Of a stretch of DNA of 64,000 nt, positions 61,448 to 64,000 are shown one piece after another. The stretch is from Chloroflexota bacterium (GTDB lineage: Bacteria > Chloroflexota > Anaerolineae > Anaerolineales > UBA11579), in the NCBI GenBank assembly GCA_019456165.1, contig VRUJ01000006.1:3792-67791 (forward strand). Direction: 5' to 3'. Under the pieces are notes generated by a model that saw nothing but the letters and a program-made list of their open reading frames with translations, had not been told where the DNA came from and ran no database searches. Numbering within the stretch: the stretch's first letter is position 1; each line of letters opens with the position of its first letter. Both the position numbers and the translations under genes were made by a program.

Positions 61448-61567
61448 TTTATTAGCCGGTCTCCTTTTTGGTTTAATTACCAGATAGATGATAACCCAAA
61501 AATGATATGTCAGGAAGAAAACTTTGTGGGTTGGTATAATTAATTATCATTATTTTGAGGAGTTGAT

Positions 61568-62314
61568 ATGCAAATCCAGTTGATCCGCAACGCAACCTTG
61601 CGCGTACGCTACGCCAATAGGTTGTTCATTATCGACCCTGATTTGGGAGCAATACACGCTCGCGAACCATTGGCAGGAATTTCTCGCAACCCCACTGTTG
61701 CTTTACCGCGCACGCCCGAAGAGATCTTGGATGGCATTGAAATGATTATAGTTTCACATCTGCATCAAGACCATTTCGACGAAACAGCCCAAACCTTGCT
61801 GCTGAAAGACTTGCAGTTATTCTGTCAGCCGGGTGATGAGGGCAAGATCAAAGAAATGGGCTTTCAGGTAGTAACTCCAATAGAACAAGATGTGGAATGG
61901 CAAGGTATAACCATCAGCCGCACACCCGGCCAACACGGATCCGCTGTTTGGGCCGAAAGGTTGGGGAACGTGGCCGGTTTCACCTTCCACGCTCAGGGAG
62001 AGCCAACAGTATATTGGGCCGGGGATACGATCTGGTATCCGGCAGTAAAAGAGACCTTAGAAAGGGTGCAGCCCGATATCATCATCACACATTCCGGTGG
62101 CGCACAGCTAGAGCAGGGCGAACCCATCGTGATGGACGGCGAGCAAACCTTAGCCCTAAGTGAAGCCGTACCCGAAACCACCGTTGTGGCCGTGCACCTG
62201 GAAGCATTGGATCACTGCATCGTCTCGCGTGAAGAACTGCGGGCAGCCGCTGAGCAAGCTGGCTCGCAAGCCAGAATCATGATCCCGGATGATGGGGAAT
62301 TAATGGAATATTAA
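61568..62314 (+). CDS. MBL-fold metallo-hydrolase
   Basis: HLHQDHFD (an HxHxDH motif). Confidence 0.75.
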   Translation: MQIQLIRNATLRVRYANRLFIIDPDLGAIHAREPLAGISRNPTVALPRTPEEILDGIEMIIVSHLHQDHFDETAQTLLLKDLQLFCQPGDEGKIKEMGFQVVTPIEQDVEWQGITISRTPGQHGSAVWAERLGNVAGFTFHAQGEPTVYWAGDTIWYPAVKETLERVQPDIIITHSGGAQLEQGEPIVMDGEQTLALSEAVPETTVVAVHLEALDHCIVSREELRAAAEQAGSQARIMIPDDGELMEY

Positions 62315-62493
62315 TTCATTCCGAAGAATTTATATCCGTGGGAATAACTGTGGTTACTAGACAAATTAAGCCGTCACCATGAGGGTGAACAAAGCTCAAC
62401 GATTGTTGAATGATTAACCATCGACATAGTCCTTCCGCAAGAGCTATTATATGATTTTTTATTAACCTCATGGTATTATAAAGAAAAAGGATC

Positions 62494-63144
62494 GTGAAGT
62501 GGAGCAAAGCATCTAAGATGTCCATTGAAACTAAAATACGAGAAGTCGCAATCGATTTTTCAGAACGTCTAAAAGAAAGAATAGAAAAACGTGTCGAAGA
62601 AATGAGAGATGACGACACATCTCATTTTCTTATCTATCGCGTATTAGGTATTACTGATAAAGAAGGAGATCTTATTGATGTTTACCAGAATAAAGGGCGG
62701 TTTCTTTACCGGTATGCAGGGGGGTTTCTTGAAAAAGTAGCAAAACTCTGTTTCCAAGAGAAATTCCCTGAAGCTGACTCGATTCGGATTCCTAACACAG
62801 AGAGTCGACGGCCAAAAACCTTTGAAGTTGATTGCCTGATCGGAAAAGACGCAATTGAAATCAAATGGCGAGATGCTACGACCGATGGCGACCACATCAC
62901 AAAAGAGCACACGCGTATCAGAACCGTTGCGGAGGCAGGTTATAAGCCGATTCGCGTAATGTTTTACTATCCGAATCGCGACCAAGCAATCCGAATTCAA
63001 AAGACGTTGGAAACTCTTTACACCGGAGTTGGAGGAGAATATCATTATGGTAATGACGCTTGGCAATACATAACACAAAGATCCGGCATTGATTTAAAAG
63101 CCATCCTTTATAAACTGGCTGATGAAAATACAAATACATCATGA
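62494..63144 (+). CDS. Putative type II restriction endonuclease (PD-ExK)
   Basis: 216 aa with FEVDCLIGKDAIEIKWRD (D...EIK). Its stop overlaps the ATG of the downstream DNA methyltransferase (ATGA). ~35% GC. Confidence 0.55.
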   Translation: MKWSKASKMSIETKIREVAIDFSERLKERIEKRVEEMRDDDTSHFLIYRVLGITDKEGDLIDVYQNKGRFLYRYAGGFLEKVAKLCFQEKFPEADSIRIPNTESRRPKTFEVDCLIGKDAIEIKWRDATTDGDHITKEHTRIRTVAEAGYKPIRVMFYYPNRDQAIRIQKTLETLYTGVGGEYHYGNDAWQYITQRSGIDLKAILYKLADENTNTS

Positions 63145-64000
63145 AAACACAGCTTTTCCACGGAGATTGTTTAGAAATTTTGAAGAACTTTGATCCCGAA
63201 AGTATTGATCTGATATATCTTGATCCCCCTTTTTTTACTCAAAAAAAACACTCGCTCCAGACAAGAGATCGAAAGCAGAAGTTTTCTTTTGATGATTTGT
63301 GGCCATCTCATACTGAATATACGAAATTTATTTATAATCGGCTTGAGCAAATGTGGAAGGTATTATCGCCAAAAGGTGCAGTATTCTTTCATTGTGACCG
63401 AAACGCGTCCCACATTATTAGGGCTTTGCTAGATGAAATTTTTGGTCCAACGATGTTCAGGTCTGAAATAATATGGAGTTACCGACGTTGGTCGAATTCC
63501 CAAAATGGCCTCTTGCCTGGACATCAAAACATTTTTTACTACACAAAGTCAAAAATTTTCACATTTAATAAAATTTTTCGGGAGTATTCGGAATCTACCA
63601 ACGTTGACCAAATTTTACAAAGAAGAAAACGCGACGTAGCAGGTAAAGCCGTGTATGAAACGGATGATAAGGGGCAGGTCATACCTAGCGGTGGTAAAAA
63701 AGGTGTGCCATTGAGAGATGTTTGGAATATTCCGTACCTCAATCCAAAAGCGAAAGAAAGAACTGGATATCCAACTCAAAAACCACTTTTATTATTAGAG
63801 AGAATTATTAAGATAGCAAGTAAAGAGGGAGATATTGTTTTGGATCCGTTTTGCGGTAGTGGGACAACGCTAGTGGCGGCTATGCTAATGAACAGACAAG
63901 CGATTGGTATTGATATTTCAGAAGACGCTTTAGAGATTACTCAAAAACGTTTAAACAAACCAACAAAAACTGAATCAAGGTTAATTCAACGAGGTAGAGA
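63141..64000 (+). CDS. Beta-class DNA amino-methyltransferase (N6-adenine or N4-cytosine), 5' part; the gene runs off the window end
   Basis: Translation from 63141 reads MKTQLFHGDCLEILKNF...DLIYLDPPFF (motif IV DPPF) ...TGYPTQKPLLLLERIIKIASKEGDIVLDPFCGSGTT (motif I). This is the beta-group motif order. The ORF is absent from the supplied ORF track because it has no stop inside the window. Confidence 0.8.
   Translation, partial: MKTQLFHGDCLEILKNFDPESIDLIYLDPPFFTQKKHSLQTRDRKQKFSFDDLWPSHTEYTKFIYNRLEQMWKVLSPKGAVFFHCDRNASHIIRALLDEIFGPTMFRSEIIWSYRRWSNSQNGLLPGHQNIFYYTKSKIFTFNKIFREYSESTNVDQILQRRKRDVAGKAVYETDDKGQVIPSGGKKGVPLRDVWNIPYLNPKAKERTGYPTQKPLLLLERIIKIASKEGDIVLDPFCGSGTTLVAAMLMNRQAIGIDISEDALEITQKRLNKPTKTESRLIQRGR

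Overview
This 64-kb chromosomal window is mostly about 55-60% GC, with several low-GC accessory patches. Its gene content (SpoVS, MutS2, dnaN, gatB, glutamate dehydrogenase, many GT4 glycosyltransferases, a large Ser/Thr-kinase fusion protein) suggests a Chloroflexi-like bacterium. Main contents, left to right:

1. A cluster of REP-like palindromic hairpin repeats surrounds a REP-associated tyrosine transposase (RAYT) gene. The same repeats mark a local tandem duplication that left a nonsense-mutated 3' fragment of an NmrA-like epimerase gene.
2. A hybrid sensor kinase is translationally coupled to a response-regulator/adenylate-cyclase gene.
3. A class-II-like tRNA with a non-canonical anticodon loop sits next to a roughly 2.9-kb AT-rich islet. 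The islet carries a Panacea (DUF4065)-like protein, a RelE/ParE-like toxin, and an LCM-type methyltransferase flanked by direct copies of a hairpin element.
4. Three paralogous GT4-type glycosyltransferases are followed by MutS2.
5. A 1278-aa protein fuses a Ser/Thr kinase, an AAA ATPase, TPR repeats and an SBP5 solute-binding domain.
6. About 8 kb holds four tandem, recently homogenised paralogs. Each encodes a secreted protein with plant-type (24-residue) leucine-rich repeats followed by Dx[17 protein letters not shown]-like beta-propeller repeats. Two of the four copies are pseudogenised.
7. A metabolic stretch follows: MFS transporters, acyl-CoA dehydrogenase, an APH-like kinase, SpoVS, a solitary dnaN, gdh, gatB, an aminotransferase and a sugar nucleotidyltransferase.
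8. A fused wHTH/Mrr-type nuclease gene lies beside a deoxynucleoside kinase gene.
9. A low-GC type II restriction-modification pair (PD-ExK endonuclease plus a beta-class DPPF amino-methyltransferase) runs off the window end.

All calls rest on reading the translated ORFs and repeats directly. No database searches were possible.
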